From an uncultured archaeon (GTDB lineage: Archaea; Thermoproteota; Nitrososphaeria_A; Caldarchaeales; Calditenuaceae): DNA of 64,000 nucleotides. Positions 19,088 to 29,076 of the stretch are shown in pieces. The DNA lies in contig CALIKS010000004.1 of the NCBI GenBank assembly GCA_938017985.1, positions 54,692-118,691 of the forward strand, in the 5' to 3' direction. Below the pieces are notes generated by a model, which searched no databases, was not told the origin of the DNA, and was given only the letters and a program-made list of their open reading frames with translations. Position 1 is the stretch's first letter; each line of letters begins with the position of its first letter. The position numbers and the translations under genes are program-made.

Positions 19088-19162
19088 GGGCCCGTGGCCT
19101 AGCTTGGATAAGGCGCCGGCCTGCGGAGCCGGAGAACGCGGGTTCAAGTCCCGCCGGGCCCG
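19088..19162 (+). tRNA. tRNA-Arg (anticodon GCG)
   Basis: Hand-folded cloverleaf: acceptor GGGCCCG/CGGGCCC, D stem GCCT/AGGC, anticodon stem CCGGC/GCCGG with loop CTGCGGA, T arm GCGGG-TTCAAGT-CCCGC, discriminator G. No intron. Confidence 0.85.
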
Positions 19163-19229
19163 TAAAAATCTTCTTCTACAATATTTGGTTTAGTATATTT
19201 TATATTCATTTCGATAATAAGAATATTGA

Positions 19230-20363
19230 TTAAATGCAGATACGTCTTATGAACTCTGAATATACATTTATAGCGTCGTATATTTGTTTTATTTCGATGT
19301 ATTCATTCGGTCCATGAATGTTGTTTTCTACTTTTCCTGGGCCGAGGATTATTGTTGGTATTTCAATTCGTTGATAGATTGGGCCCTCAGTGCCGTATGG
19401 TGCCACTTCTGATTTATGCCCCAAAATTTCTTCAGCAATTAGTACGAGTTGATGATTTTTAGGTATGTTTAATGCTTCGTAGTTAAATTTGATCTCAATT
19501 GATGCATTGTAGCTGGGCTCTAAGTTCTTAATCTTATCAACTATCTTATTAAGCTCCGCCATGATTTGTCTATCACTATGTAGCGGGATTCGTCTACAAT
19601 CAACTATTATCTGGCATTTCTCGGGAATTACGTTTTCTTTCGTGCCTCCATTTATCATTGTTGTTGAGATGACTGTTGTTCCTAGGTCTGGGTCAATTAT
19701 TTCTTTCAGCCTGTTTCTCAGTTCAGCTATCTCGAGGATGAATCTTGACGCGTTCTCTATTGCGTTGATTCCGAGTTCTGGACGGCTTGAATGGGCGCTT
19801 TTACCATGAAAAGTAATCCTGAAGGTTGTGCCTCCTTTATGCGCCCTCACGACTCTGAGATTGGTAGGCTCACCGATTATGCCGTACATTGCGTCGCGTT
19901 CCTTAATTTTTCCATCACTTATCAATGCCTCGAGGCCATCACAACCAATCTCCTCTCCAGCAGTAGCTACAAATATTATTCCCCGTCTAAGCTTTTTGTC
20001 CTTATAGTTCTCGATGGCTTTTACAAGTGCCGCTACTGCTGATTTCATATCGGATGCTCCACGGCCGTATAGCTTGTCTCCAACTATCTTCGGCTCAAAT
20101 GGTGGATTTTCCCACAGTGAGTGGTCTCCTGCTGGGACGACGTCTATGTGTCCTGAGAGCAGTAGTCCTGCCTGTCCCTTAGGCCCAACCCTGACCAATA
20201 GATTAGCCCTGTTCTCAGCAAATCTATGAAGAACAACCTCACATTCTTCTAGCCTTAAATCGAGGAAGTAGTCGCGGAGAAACGCTGCACATGCTTCTTC
20301 GTTTCCGGGCGGTACTTCGGTGTTAAATCTAATAAGTTCAGCTGCAAGCTCTTCAGCATTCAT
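19230..20363 (-). CDS. M20-family metallopeptidase/deacylase (ArgE/DapE/LysK-like)
   Basis: The HIDVVP...GRGASDMK metal-binding motifs and a dimerisation domain are present. The track ORF extends to 20435; the likely start is the Met at 20363 (MNAEELA). Confidence 0.75.
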   Translation of the reverse strand: MNAEELAAELIRFNTEVPPGNEEACAAFLRDYFLDLRLEECEVVLHRFAENRANLLVRVGPKGQAGLLLSGHIDVVPAGDHSLWENPPFEPKIVGDKLYGRGASDMKSAVAALVKAIENYKDKKLRRGIIFVATAGEEIGCDGLEALISDGKIKERDAMYGIIGEPTNLRVVRAHKGGTTFRITFHGKSAHSSRPELGINAIENASRFILEIAELRNRLKEIIDPDLGTTVISTTMINGGTKENVIPEKCQIIVDCRRIPLHSDRQIMAELNKIVDKIKNLEPSYNASIEIKFNYEALNIPKNHQLVLIAEEILGHKSEVAPYGTEGPIYQRIEIPTIILGPGKVENNIHGPNEYIEIKQIYDAINVYSEFIRRICI

Positions 20364-20473
20364 AAAAGTAGTAATTGGGTAGGCATATTTATGTATAAAC
20401 AAGTTTATCAAAATGTTTTTTAATGAATTCTTCATTCAATTACATGATGGCTTCTAATAGGTTTTTAAGGTCT

Positions 20474-21772
20474 ATGGAACTTTTCGAGATTGCGAATGAG
20501 TATGTTGTAGGTGGTGTCCATTCTAATTTTAGGTATAGGGAGCCTCATCCCATTTATTTCAGTAAGGCTAAGGGCTCAAGGCTATGGGATGCTGATGGGA
20601 ACGAGTATATTGACTGTGTAATCAACATGGGTGCATGCATACTTGGACATGGGTATCCAAAGATAGTGGATGCAGTTAAGAAAGCACTTGATAATGGATT
20701 AACGGTCGGTCTAGAGCCAGACATAAGCATAGAGGTGTCTAAGCTGCTCTCACGCATGGTTCCATCAGCCGAGTACGTCAGATTTTCAAACACTGGTACA
20801 GAGGCAGTCATACATGCAATACATATAGCTCGCGGATTTACTGGAAGATACAAGATAGCTAAGCTTGAAGGCGGATATAATGGCTGGTACGACTACGTAT
20901 TAGTCAGTGGTCATCCACCGCTTGATAAGGCTGGGCCTCCAGATGAGCCGACTCCTGTTCTTGGTAGCGCCGGTCTAGCAAAGGACGTAGCTGAGAGCGT
21001 CATAATTATTCCATTCAACAACATTGAAGCGACTGAAAAGATATTATCAAAGCATAGTGACGAGTTGGCCGCAGTAATTATCGAGCCAGTAATGTTTAAC
21101 GTAGGATGCGTCCTGCCCAAAAAGGGCTATCTCGAGGCTCTCCGCAAAATAACACATGAATACGGCATAGTGTTAATATTTGATGAGGTCATAACGGGAT
21201 TTAGAAGCGCACCGGGCGGTGCTCAGGAGTATTTCGGCATTACTCCAGACATGTCTGTCTTCGGAAAAGCAATAGCAAACGGCTTCGCCTTAAGTGCAGT
21301 TGTGGGTAAAAGAGAGATAATGGAGACTGTGCATCCTAAGAGAGGAAAAGTAGCATATGCAGGTACCTATAACTCCAACTATATATCATTAGCAGCTGCT
21401 AAGGTTACTCTTGAGGAGCTTAGCGATGGAAAAGTGCAGAAATACCTACACGAGGCCGGAGCTAGACTCGCAAAAAGGTTCAGCGAGATGACTGAGGAAT
21501 TAGGCGTCAAGGCGAGGCTTCAGCACTTCGCTGGCAAGTTTCAGGTATACTTCACTGATAGAGAGGTTGTTGATTATAGAACAGCAGTAAGCTGTGACTC
21601 GAAGAAGTATAGCGTCTTCTACGAATCCATGCTGAACTCTGGAATATTTATGCTTCCATCATACACGATACATCATGGAGTAACTGCAGCGCATACAGAG
21701 CAAGACTTGGAGTCTATAGCTTCAGCCATGAGAAACGCGCTGATAGAGGTAAAGAAGCGTTTTCCAGACTAA
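20474..21772 (+). CDS. class III aminotransferase (glutamate-1-semialdehyde 2,1-aminomutase-like)
   Basis: RFSNTGTEAVIHAIHIARGFTGRYKIAKLEGGYNGW resembles HemL. A PLP lysine region is present. The track ORF starts at 20423; the likely start is MELFEI at 20474. Confidence 0.7.
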   Translation: MELFEIANEYVVGGVHSNFRYREPHPIYFSKAKGSRLWDADGNEYIDCVINMGACILGHGYPKIVDAVKKALDNGLTVGLEPDISIEVSKLLSRMVPSAEYVRFSNTGTEAVIHAIHIARGFTGRYKIAKLEGGYNGWYDYVLVSGHPPLDKAGPPDEPTPVLGSAGLAKDVAESVIIIPFNNIEATEKILSKHSDELAAVIIEPVMFNVGCVLPKKGYLEALRKITHEYGIVLIFDEVITGFRSAPGGAQEYFGITPDMSVFGKAIANGFALSAVVGKREIMETVHPKRGKVAYAGTYNSNYISLAAAKVTLEELSDGKVQKYLHEAGARLAKRFSEMTEELGVKARLQHFAGKFQVYFTDREVVDYRTAVSCDSKKYSVFYESMLNSGIFMLPSYTIHHGVTAAHTEQDLESIASAMRNALIEVKKRFPD

Positions 21773-23283
21773 TTTTTGACAGTAGGCTCCCAGTAAAAGT
21801 CCTCCTCTAGGGGATAGAGAGGTCTAGGCGCCTTAACATAGCTTAGTGATTTTAATCTATGCGTAGTTGCTCCTGTTGTATCAGCGTGTAGTATCCTTTT
21901 TGCGAATTGTTCATAATTTGCTTTGAAACCAGTTATTGACTTGACGAAGACAGCCTTAGCCTCCAGCGGGTCTAGACCTACGCATCTATACTGCTCCGGC
22001 TCAAACGGGTTTCCTGGCAGCTGAGTAATAAGTATCCTCAAGTCGCCTACTGATAATACTACTGCTTTCCCCATATTCACGAGAATTCCTTTGCTGACAC
22101 TTCCCTGAGCGGTATATTTTGCCTCGCCTTTCCATAAAATCTTCCCAGCAATCTTGACTGGCTTGCTGAATGGGTCAATTTTTCCACCAACATCTAGCTC
22201 AACGTAGTCACCAATTGATTTTGACCATGCGGCCTCGACAGCCCATGGGTCGACAATATTCAGTAAAACCATGCCCCCAAAATGTTTGTCTAGGAGATTG
22301 CTCAGGACAAAAGTGCTGTCGCCGGGTGCTCCCCCTGTCGTTGCGTCTCCTCCATCAGAGATGACGATTGGGCCTTCCGTCGCTTCCCTTATTATTTCAA
22401 CGACTTTATCCATAGGCGTCTTCTCCACCATAAATTCATGCCTCATCTCCCAGCACTTAGAAGAGATTTTCTTAGCAGCCTCGGCAGCTACCTCTGGATT
22501 ATTGTTGCCTATGACTACTACGCTCCATCCGAGCTCATCAACATCGAGCCATGGCTGTACTGGGAATACTGAGGCCTCGAGGACTCCTAACTCATCTGCA
22601 GATTTTTTGGCATATTCAAGAAGCGTTCTCATTGGATGAAATCTATGATCATGTTTCTCTGCAGGCGTAATCATTGGTATCTTGACCCACTTCATGACAG
22701 GGCTAATTATTTCTCGAGCTGTATGAAACGTAAGCTCAGCAGCCTTGTAGCCAGTCTCATACATATCAATATGTGGCTCAGTTTTATAGCCGACAATTAT
22801 ATTTGCTTCAGAGATTTTCTTTTGGGTTATGTTTGCATGCATATCTAGCGAGACTCCGAGAGGCACATCATATCCAATCATATGTCTAACCCTACTCATA
22901 ATGTATCCATCAGCATCATCTATTTCCTCAGCCGCCATGGCTCCATGAAGAGAGAGCACAAAGGCATCAATTCCCTCACGGCCTTCTTTCTCAATCATTT
23001 GCAATAATTCTTCTACTATTCTTTCAAGACTCTCTCTAAATATTCTTCCAAGCGGAGGAGCTTGAGTCCATATTAATGGCACTAATTCAACATTGTTCTT
23101 TAAAGCTGCATCAATAACACCACCGGCCTCGGTTAAGGTTCCACTAAATTTTTTTATAATCTCCGCTCCCTTAAAGAGTCCGTTTGTCTTTACGAAGTAT
23201 TCAAACGTCGTATTGAGGGGCGTGAATGTGTTTGTCTCCTGCATTATCAGGCCATACAGGACTCTGAGCTTCTTGGTAGTCAT
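21769..23283 (-). CDS. M81-family metallopeptidase (MlrC-like, DUF1485)
   Basis: 504 aa two-domain protein resembling the microcystinase C family. Assigned from motif memory, not a database search. Confidence 0.55.
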   Translation of the reverse strand: MTTKKLRVLYGLIMQETNTFTPLNTTFEYFVKTNGLFKGAEIIKKFSGTLTEAGGVIDAALKNNVELVPLIWTQAPPLGRIFRESLERIVEELLQMIEKEGREGIDAFVLSLHGAMAAEEIDDADGYIMSRVRHMIGYDVPLGVSLDMHANITQKKISEANIIVGYKTEPHIDMYETGYKAAELTFHTAREIISPVMKWVKIPMITPAEKHDHRFHPMRTLLEYAKKSADELGVLEASVFPVQPWLDVDELGWSVVVIGNNNPEVAAEAAKKISSKCWEMRHEFMVEKTPMDKVVEIIREATEGPIVISDGGDATTGGAPGDSTFVLSNLLDKHFGGMVLLNIVDPWAVEAAWSKSIGDYVELDVGGKIDPFSKPVKIAGKILWKGEAKYTAQGSVSKGILVNMGKAVVLSVGDLRILITQLPGNPFEPEQYRCVGLDPLEAKAVFVKSITGFKANYEQFAKRILHADTTGATTHRLKSLSYVKAPRPLYPLEEDFYWEPTVKN

Positions 23284-23308
23284 GTATTGATTATTTTTTA
23301 TGATGTAT

Positions 23309-24016
23309 TTAAGGAAGGAGTCTTAAGGGCCAATTTTCTCTGCTATATGCCTTGTCCCAGAATAGATACTCGTAGAGTGTCGAGGTCCTGAATGCTTTTC
23401 TTACTTTGAAAGTATTTTTATCATCAAGTCTACTGAATGCTTCTTCAGCCATCATAACAATTTCTTTAACTGCCTCGCCATACTCTTCTGAGCCATAGGT
23501 ATCTATCCATCTCTTATATGTGGGGTTGGGTGAGCCTTTATTCAGCATTTCTAAACCTACCTCTCTGTATATCCAGATGCAGGGTAGTATTGCTGCCAGT
23601 CCTTCCTCAAATGGTCTTAATAATGAAGTGGCCAAGAGATAACTCGTATAGGCTAGGTTAATAGGAGTCATCTGGAGCTGAGATAAGTCTTGAGGCTTTA
23701 CTTCCCATTCTGATAAGAGATACTCATGCAGCCATCGCCTCTCCACCGTCAATGCAGCACTCGCATTACTTAAGATAATTGCAGCCCACTCATCGTTAGG
23801 AGCCTTAGCCCCAACTATCGCGACTGCCTTCGCAAAATCACTCAAATAGAGATAGTCCTGAAGTACATAGTGCTTAAAAATATCTATTGGAAGTGCTCCG
23901 TCAACCATGCCTTTGATGAAGTCGTGATTAATTATTGCCTCATATATGTCTGAGATGTCTCTCCAAAGAATCTCGGTAAATTTTTTAGGCATCTCCCACG
24001 TCCCGCTATAAGTCAT
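23309..24016 (-). CDS. tenA: TenA/thiaminase II family (aminopyrimidine aminohydrolase)
   Basis: 235 aa all-helical protein with the conserved Cys/Tyr/Glu pattern of TenA/PqqC-like heme-oxygenase-fold proteins. Confidence 0.7.
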   Translation of the reverse strand: MTYSGTWEMPKKFTEILWRDISDIYEAIINHDFIKGMVDGALPIDIFKHYVLQDYLYLSDFAKAVAIVGAKAPNDEWAAIILSNASAALTVERRWLHEYLLSEWEVKPQDLSQLQMTPINLAYTSYLLATSLLRPFEEGLAAILPCIWIYREVGLEMLNKGSPNPTYKRWIDTYGSEEYGEAVKEIVMMAEEAFSRLDDKNTFKVRKAFRTSTLYEYLFWDKAYSRENWPLRLLP

Positions 24017-24067
24017 TAATTAATTAGCTTATATATTCGCCGTCATTGGATTGCCCCAAGAACTGCG

Positions 24068-25387
24068 TTGAGAACATACACGGAGACCCTAGACCTATCA
24101 GCGTGGAGACGCCCCCACTGGGAGATATTCACGATAATCTCACTCAACTATCTGCTTGATGGAGTAATGTTCTCGATCGCTCCACTCCTAGCAGGCCTAT
24201 TGGCACCAAATTACTACTCATTTATATTTGCTGCAAATCTACTCTCGGAGACCGCTGGGGCAATACTCCTAGGAGCACTCGCAGACAGGCTTGGAAGAAG
24301 AAGAATGTTTCTATTCTCACTGACGATCGAAGGCGTAGCACTCATTTTATTAATACTGACCTATAAAAACGTGATAGCACTTACGGTCTTAACTTCACTC
24401 ATGACTTTTGGAATTGGAGGAGAATTCGGCTCATCCTACTCAGCGCTGGCAGAACTAATGCCGAAGAGACATAGAGGAAAGGCAATACTACTCTCGACGA
24501 ATTTCTGGAACATCGGCTCAGCAACAATAGCTGGACTAGCACTTGTCTTCAAATCAATCTATCTTGATGTAGAGGCTCAGCTTCAATATCTCTTATTCTC
24601 ATCACTCGGGATGCTTCTAGTCGCTGGTCTTGGGCGCCTCTCATTTCCAGAATCCCCTAGATGGCTCGTCCTCATGGGAAGGATGCAAGAAGCAGAAAAA
24701 GTAGTAAGTAGACTGGCTGGAGTAACCGAGAATTTCTTAATGAAGGAGAGAGATGAAGAAAAAATCAAGCTGCTCGATACATTTCCTCGCTATGCGTTTA
24801 GACTAGCCGTCCTAGGAATAGTGACGATTGTCCAATACGTTACGTATAGCATGATGGCATATTATGCTCCATATGCTCCAGGCTTCGCCTTCGGAATAGA
24901 GTCTGCTCCAATAATAATATTCATCGCAAATATGGGCGCATCGACGGGAGGAATACTACTCATACCGTTGATTGATAGAGCTCGTCGATGGGCTACGCTT
25001 CTCTCATTTCTTGGAGGCATGATAGGCTCTCTCTCAGTATTAATTCTTCATGAATTTGCATCTAAAGGTCCCTTCACGGTGGACGATGCGTTCTATTCGG
25101 CACTATTCATTACTCTTATATTCTCTGAGTGGGCATGGGCATCTCTGAGCGCGCTTCAGAGCGAGTTATTCCCAACAGGTGTTAGGTCCTCGATTATCGG
25201 CCTACTTACTGGACTCACGGGAATGAGCTCTGCAATAATTATAATAATCCAGCCAGCAATCTCAGCTCTACAGTACCTCGTATTATCATCACTACTCTGG
25301 TTCGCTGGTCTCCTAGCAGCGCTAGCATGGTATCTAAAAGGAATTGAGAGTGCGGATAAGTCCGTCGAAGAACTAATTAAGCAATAG
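24068..25387 (+). CDS. MFS transporter
   Basis: 439 aa, 12 TM helices, with the GALADRLGRRR MFS motif A. Confidence 0.7.
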   Translation: MRTYTETLDLSAWRRPHWEIFTIISLNYLLDGVMFSIAPLLAGLLAPNYYSFIFAANLLSETAGAILLGALADRLGRRRMFLFSLTIEGVALILLILTYKNVIALTVLTSLMTFGIGGEFGSSYSALAELMPKRHRGKAILLSTNFWNIGSATIAGLALVFKSIYLDVEAQLQYLLFSSLGMLLVAGLGRLSFPESPRWLVLMGRMQEAEKVVSRLAGVTENFLMKERDEEKIKLLDTFPRYAFRLAVLGIVTIVQYVTYSMMAYYAPYAPGFAFGIESAPIIIFIANMGASTGGILLIPLIDRARRWATLLSFLGGMIGSLSVLILHEFASKGPFTVDDAFYSALFITLIFSEWAWASLSALQSELFPTGVRSSIIGLLTGLTGMSSAIIIIIQPAISALQYLVLSSLLWFAGLLAALAWYLKGIESADKSVEELIKQ

Positions 25388-25436
25388 CATAATTTAAGTT
25401 ATGGCTCAGGGATAAGAACTTAGGTGGCGTGAGAAT

Positions 25437-26279
25437 TTGGTTAAGAAACCATCTACCGTCGAGCTAATAATTATTGGCAACGAGATACTCAACGGTGCAG
25501 TCCTAGACACAAACAGTAACTGGCTAGCAGAAAGACTCTACGAGCTTGGAGTATACCTAAGAAGAGTAACAACAGTCAGGGATGACTTGGAGGAGATATC
25601 ATCAGCCATCAAGGAGGCTATAAGAAGAAAAACTGACTGGGTCATAACGAGCGGGGGTCTAGGACCAACATTCGACGACAAGACCCTGCAAGGAGTCGCA
25701 AAAGCAGTTAGGAAACCACTCACACTCAACAAAGACGCAGTAGAAATGCTAAGAGATAGATATGAAAAACTAAAGGAATTAGGCGTCATTGAGAGTGCCG
25801 AGCTCACACCTGCTAGATTAAAGATGGCAAGGCTCCCTAAGGGCTCACAGCCGCTTAAAAACAGGGCCGGCTCCGCGCCGGGCGCTCTTCTAAGGTATAG
25901 AAAGACATGGATAGTATGTCTTCCAGGCGTTCCAGCAGAGCTCAAAGACATATTCACTAATGAGCTTGAACCACTAATCCGCGAGAAGAGTATAACAGTA
26001 AAGCGATACCGTGAATGGATAAGCGTCAAGGGCGTGCCCGAATCTACTCTTTCACCACATATTGACGAACTCCTATCAAGGCACAGAAAAGTCTACATTA
26101 AGTCACATCCACGGGGAATAGAGGACGGCGTATCTAAGGTCATCTTAGAGATTTTAGGCGAAGACATCTCAAAGGAGAAAGCATTGGAATCAGTGAGGAA
26201 TGCTGCAATAGAAATGATGGACAGGCTGAAGACTTTGGGTGCCAAGGAAATTTTAAGAAGTGAAGAGAAACCAACATGA
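25437..26279 (+). CDS. CinA-like / MoaB-MogA molybdopterin-binding domain protein
   Basis: N-terminal LIIIGNEILNG...ITSGGLGPTFDD is typical of the MoCF-binding fold. Overlaps the downstream PGI/PMI gene by 4 nt. Confidence 0.65.
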   Translation: MVKKPSTVELIIIGNEILNGAVLDTNSNWLAERLYELGVYLRRVTTVRDDLEEISSAIKEAIRRKTDWVITSGGLGPTFDDKTLQGVAKAVRKPLTLNKDAVEMLRDRYEKLKELGVIESAELTPARLKMARLPKGSQPLKNRAGSAPGALLRYRKTWIVCLPGVPAELKDIFTNELEPLIREKSITVKRYREWISVKGVPESTLSPHIDELLSRHRKVYIKSHPRGIEDGVSKVILEILGEDISKEKALESVRNAAIEMMDRLKTLGAKEILRSEEKPT

Positions 26280-27328
26280 CCAGTGAACCATTATCAATAG
26301 AGAGGCTCAGCTCCTCTCCCAAACTGATCGAAATGATAAGAATGATAGACGAGCAGCCAAAGTATTATAGAAAGGGGCTTGAGCTTGGACAGAAGATTAG
26401 TACAGAGGAGCTATCATCTCCTAGGACAGTATTCTTCTATGGTCTAGGGGGCTCAGGAATAGTTGGTTTACTATCATCCATAGTCTTCTCAGCTTATTCA
26501 AGAACACCGATCTTAGCATCTAACGCGTTAAGAGTTCCTGAATGGCTTATGCCTGATGATTTACTCATAGTCGTCAGCTATTCTGGAGAGACATCAGAGG
26601 TCCTGAGAGCTTTTAATGAAGCTTTAAAGAAGGGGATCAGATTAGTCGCGATGACTTCTGGTGGAAGCCTAGCAGAATTTGCTAGAAGACAAAAAGTACA
26701 ATTAATAGAGCTTACTAAGGGGTTCCCTCCTAGAATGGCTCTTCCAGAGATGACTGGAGCAGCTGCATCAGTGCTCGACGTGATAGGCATAACCAGTAAT
26801 TTAAGCAATACATTACTACAAGCTGCTGAAAAACTTGTTGAAGTTGCCGACATAAATGGCCCGGCAAGCTCTTATGAAGATAATATTGCCAAGAAGGCAG
26901 CACTCCACCTTAGTGATGGTCTGCCCCACGTCTTCTGTTATGAGCATCTCTACTTATCCGGACTGAGGCTAAAGAATCAATTAAACGAGAATGCGAAGTA
27001 TCCATGCATAGTTCACGAGATACCTGAATCAATGCATAATACGCTAGAGGCATTGCCATACGCGATAAATGATAAATACATATTTTTTAGGAGTAGTAGA
27101 GAACCAATGGATGTTTCTGTACAGATAGACTTTCTTAAGTCGCTTTTAGACTTCAAAGTCATGGATATATGGTTCAGTGGAGACAGTCTTTATGAAACTA
27201 TCGCATCAATAATGTGGTCAGACTATCTCAGCATCTATCTCGCAGCACTTAGAGGAGTAGACCCTATAACCGTTGCACGTATATCATCGCTTAGAAAAAA
27301 GATAGAAGAATCGCTTAAAAAAACATAA
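26276..27328 (+). CDS. bifunctional phosphoglucose/phosphomannose isomerase (SIS domain)
   Basis: Two SIS-like halves (VVSYSGETSE). Matches the archaeal PGI/PMI family known from Thermoproteales. Confidence 0.7.
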   Translation: MTSEPLSIERLSSSPKLIEMIRMIDEQPKYYRKGLELGQKISTEELSSPRTVFFYGLGGSGIVGLLSSIVFSAYSRTPILASNALRVPEWLMPDDLLIVVSYSGETSEVLRAFNEALKKGIRLVAMTSGGSLAEFARRQKVQLIELTKGFPPRMALPEMTGAAASVLDVIGITSNLSNTLLQAAEKLVEVADINGPASSYEDNIAKKAALHLSDGLPHVFCYEHLYLSGLRLKNQLNENAKYPCIVHEIPESMHNTLEALPYAINDKYIFFRSSREPMDVSVQIDFLKSLLDFKVMDIWFSGDSLYETIASIMWSDYLSIYLAALRGVDPITVARISSLRKKIEESLKKT

Positions 27329-27356
27329 ATTAAACTTAACCGTATAATTTTTAGAA

Positions 27357-27890
27357 TTGAAGTCTATTTACTCCTTGAGTAAAAGAGTATCATTAGCGAT
27401 AATATGTACGATAATTCTATACATAATTTTTGCTATCGGCTCCATGACTCCTGTAGATGCTGAATCTGCAAGGCAGATGGTTGAAGATTTTAGAGAATTA
27501 GTAGCGGGAATAAACTCTGCATCTGACATCTTCCTTAACAATTTTGCAATATCTCTTCTAATGATTATTCCCGTGTTAGGTCCTATAATTGGAGCATGGA
27601 TAGTGTATAACACCGGATTAATAATCTCCTCATTTGCAAGCATTGAAGGAATCAACGTGATACTTATTCTAATACTTCCAGTCTTGACGATTTATGGAAT
27701 ATTAGAATTTATCGGCTATGGAACGATGATGTCGGAAAGCATATTATTAATTTATGCTATTCGTAAAAAAGGGCTCCGCCATGAACTAAAGATCTTGCCA
27801 ATAATCATCGTCATAAGTGCTGGAGTGCTTGGACTCGCAGCAGTTATAGAATTTTCCCTCATAACTATTACTCAATCACTCGGTATATAG
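27357..27890 (+). CDS. hypothetical membrane protein (SpoIIM/DUF95-like)
   Basis: 177 aa with 4-5 TM helices. Confidence 0.4.
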   Translation: MKSIYSLSKRVSLAIICTIILYIIFAIGSMTPVDAESARQMVEDFRELVAGINSASDIFLNNFAISLLMIIPVLGPIIGAWIVYNTGLIISSFASIEGINVILILILPVLTIYGILEFIGYGTMMSESILLIYAIRKKGLRHELKILPIIIVISAGVLGLAAVIEFSLITITQSLGI

Positions 27891-27992
27891 AAAATAATAA
27901 TTGCATAATATACATAGACTGATCTATTATTTTTTTTAAAGTAAGATATAAGATTTATATATATCTAAAAATTATATTATATTGACGAAAAA

Positions 27993-28325
27993 ATGGCTAG
28001 AATGCCTAAAGGTTATTCTGAACCATTAATACTAAAAGCGCTCCTAAACAATTCATTAACAGTCTCTCAAATAGAGCGTAAAACCAGAATAAAGAAACCA
28101 ACGATCTATCTCTCAATAAATAGGCTTAGGCGCAAGGGCTTAGTTAGGTCTGGGAAAGAGAAGAGAAACAAGAAATGGGCATTAACTCAGAAAGGGAAGA
28201 TAGCTGCGAGGAACAGAATACAAGGCGAGCGTATACTTAACAGAATCATAAATTCTTTACGTAAAACAATAGCACTAGGCGTAACTGTTAGAGAGATAGA
28301 GAGATTAATGTTATCCAAGAGATAG
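27993..28325 (+). CDS. winged-helix DNA-binding protein
   Basis: 110 aa, basic, with an HTH (LTVSQIERKTRIKKPTIYLSINRLRRKGLV). Preceded by a 100-bp strongly AT-rich spacer. Confidence 0.5.
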   Translation: MARMPKGYSEPLILKALLNNSLTVSQIERKTRIKKPTIYLSINRLRRKGLVRSGKEKRNKKWALTQKGKIAARNRIQGERILNRIINSLRKTIALGVTVREIERLMLSKR

Positions 28326-29036
28326 TAGATTAATCCAGTGTGAAAAGAGATCGCCGAAAATAATATCGATTATAAAGCCTACAGTGATAAATACGACTAA
28401 GGGGATGGAAGGAGTTGCCCACTCACCACTCCTTAATGGTGACCAGAAACTTTCAAAAGAAGGTGAGAAAATGAGTTTTCGTTTTCCATCGTTAGTACGT
28501 ATTTCCATAGCTCCCCAAAACTTATGTTTGGATGGATCTTTAATCTTTGTACCAATCAAGAGTGCAATTACTTTCCGTATGGTTGTTTCATCGATTCCTT
28601 CGAATAAATTTTCTTTTTTGATTAGTAGTTTGTAGAGGTTAAGTGGAAGCATAACTAGCGGTATAACGAGCGAAATTATCAAGCCATTAAGCAGCGTTGA
28701 TATAGGTAAGAATGGATGAATTCTAACCCCCTTAAGCATTAAGGGCAAGACTAGTGAAATTGTTATCAACGCTTTTGCGTCGGCTCCTCCATAAAGGCCT
28801 GCCTTGTAAAAGCCAATTGCTAGAGCAACAGTGAGCATTATCGATATTATTAAAAGATATACATATGTCGCTTCTTGAATAATTATATGTTCGTAAATCA
28901 TTATTGGGAATCCAACTATGGATGATACGATCCATACCCAATCATCTATTTCACGTTTTTTTAAGTCGAGATAAGAAGCATAAAGTAATGTTAATAGAAT
29001 AATTAATACGTTTAACTCAATTAGCATTGAAGGCAT
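28311..29036 (-). CDS. A24-family prepilin/preflagellin peptidase (PibD/FlaK-like)
   Basis: Polytopic membrane protein with catalytic Asp motifs (YLDLKKREIDD and GLYGGADAKAL). Confidence 0.7.
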   Translation of the reverse strand: MPSMLIELNVLIILLTLLYASYLDLKKREIDDWVWIVSSIVGFPIMIYEHIIIQEATYVYLLIISIMLTVALAIGFYKAGLYGGADAKALITISLVLPLMLKGVRIHPFLPISTLLNGLIISLVIPLVMLPLNLYKLLIKKENLFEGIDETTIRKVIALLIGTKIKDPSKHKFWGAMEIRTNDGKRKLIFSPSFESFWSPLRSGEWATPSIPLVVFITVGFIIDIIFGDLFSHWINLLSLG

Positions 29037-29076
29037 AATACTTTTAAAAAATACCCATTTATTAGGCTAGTCTATG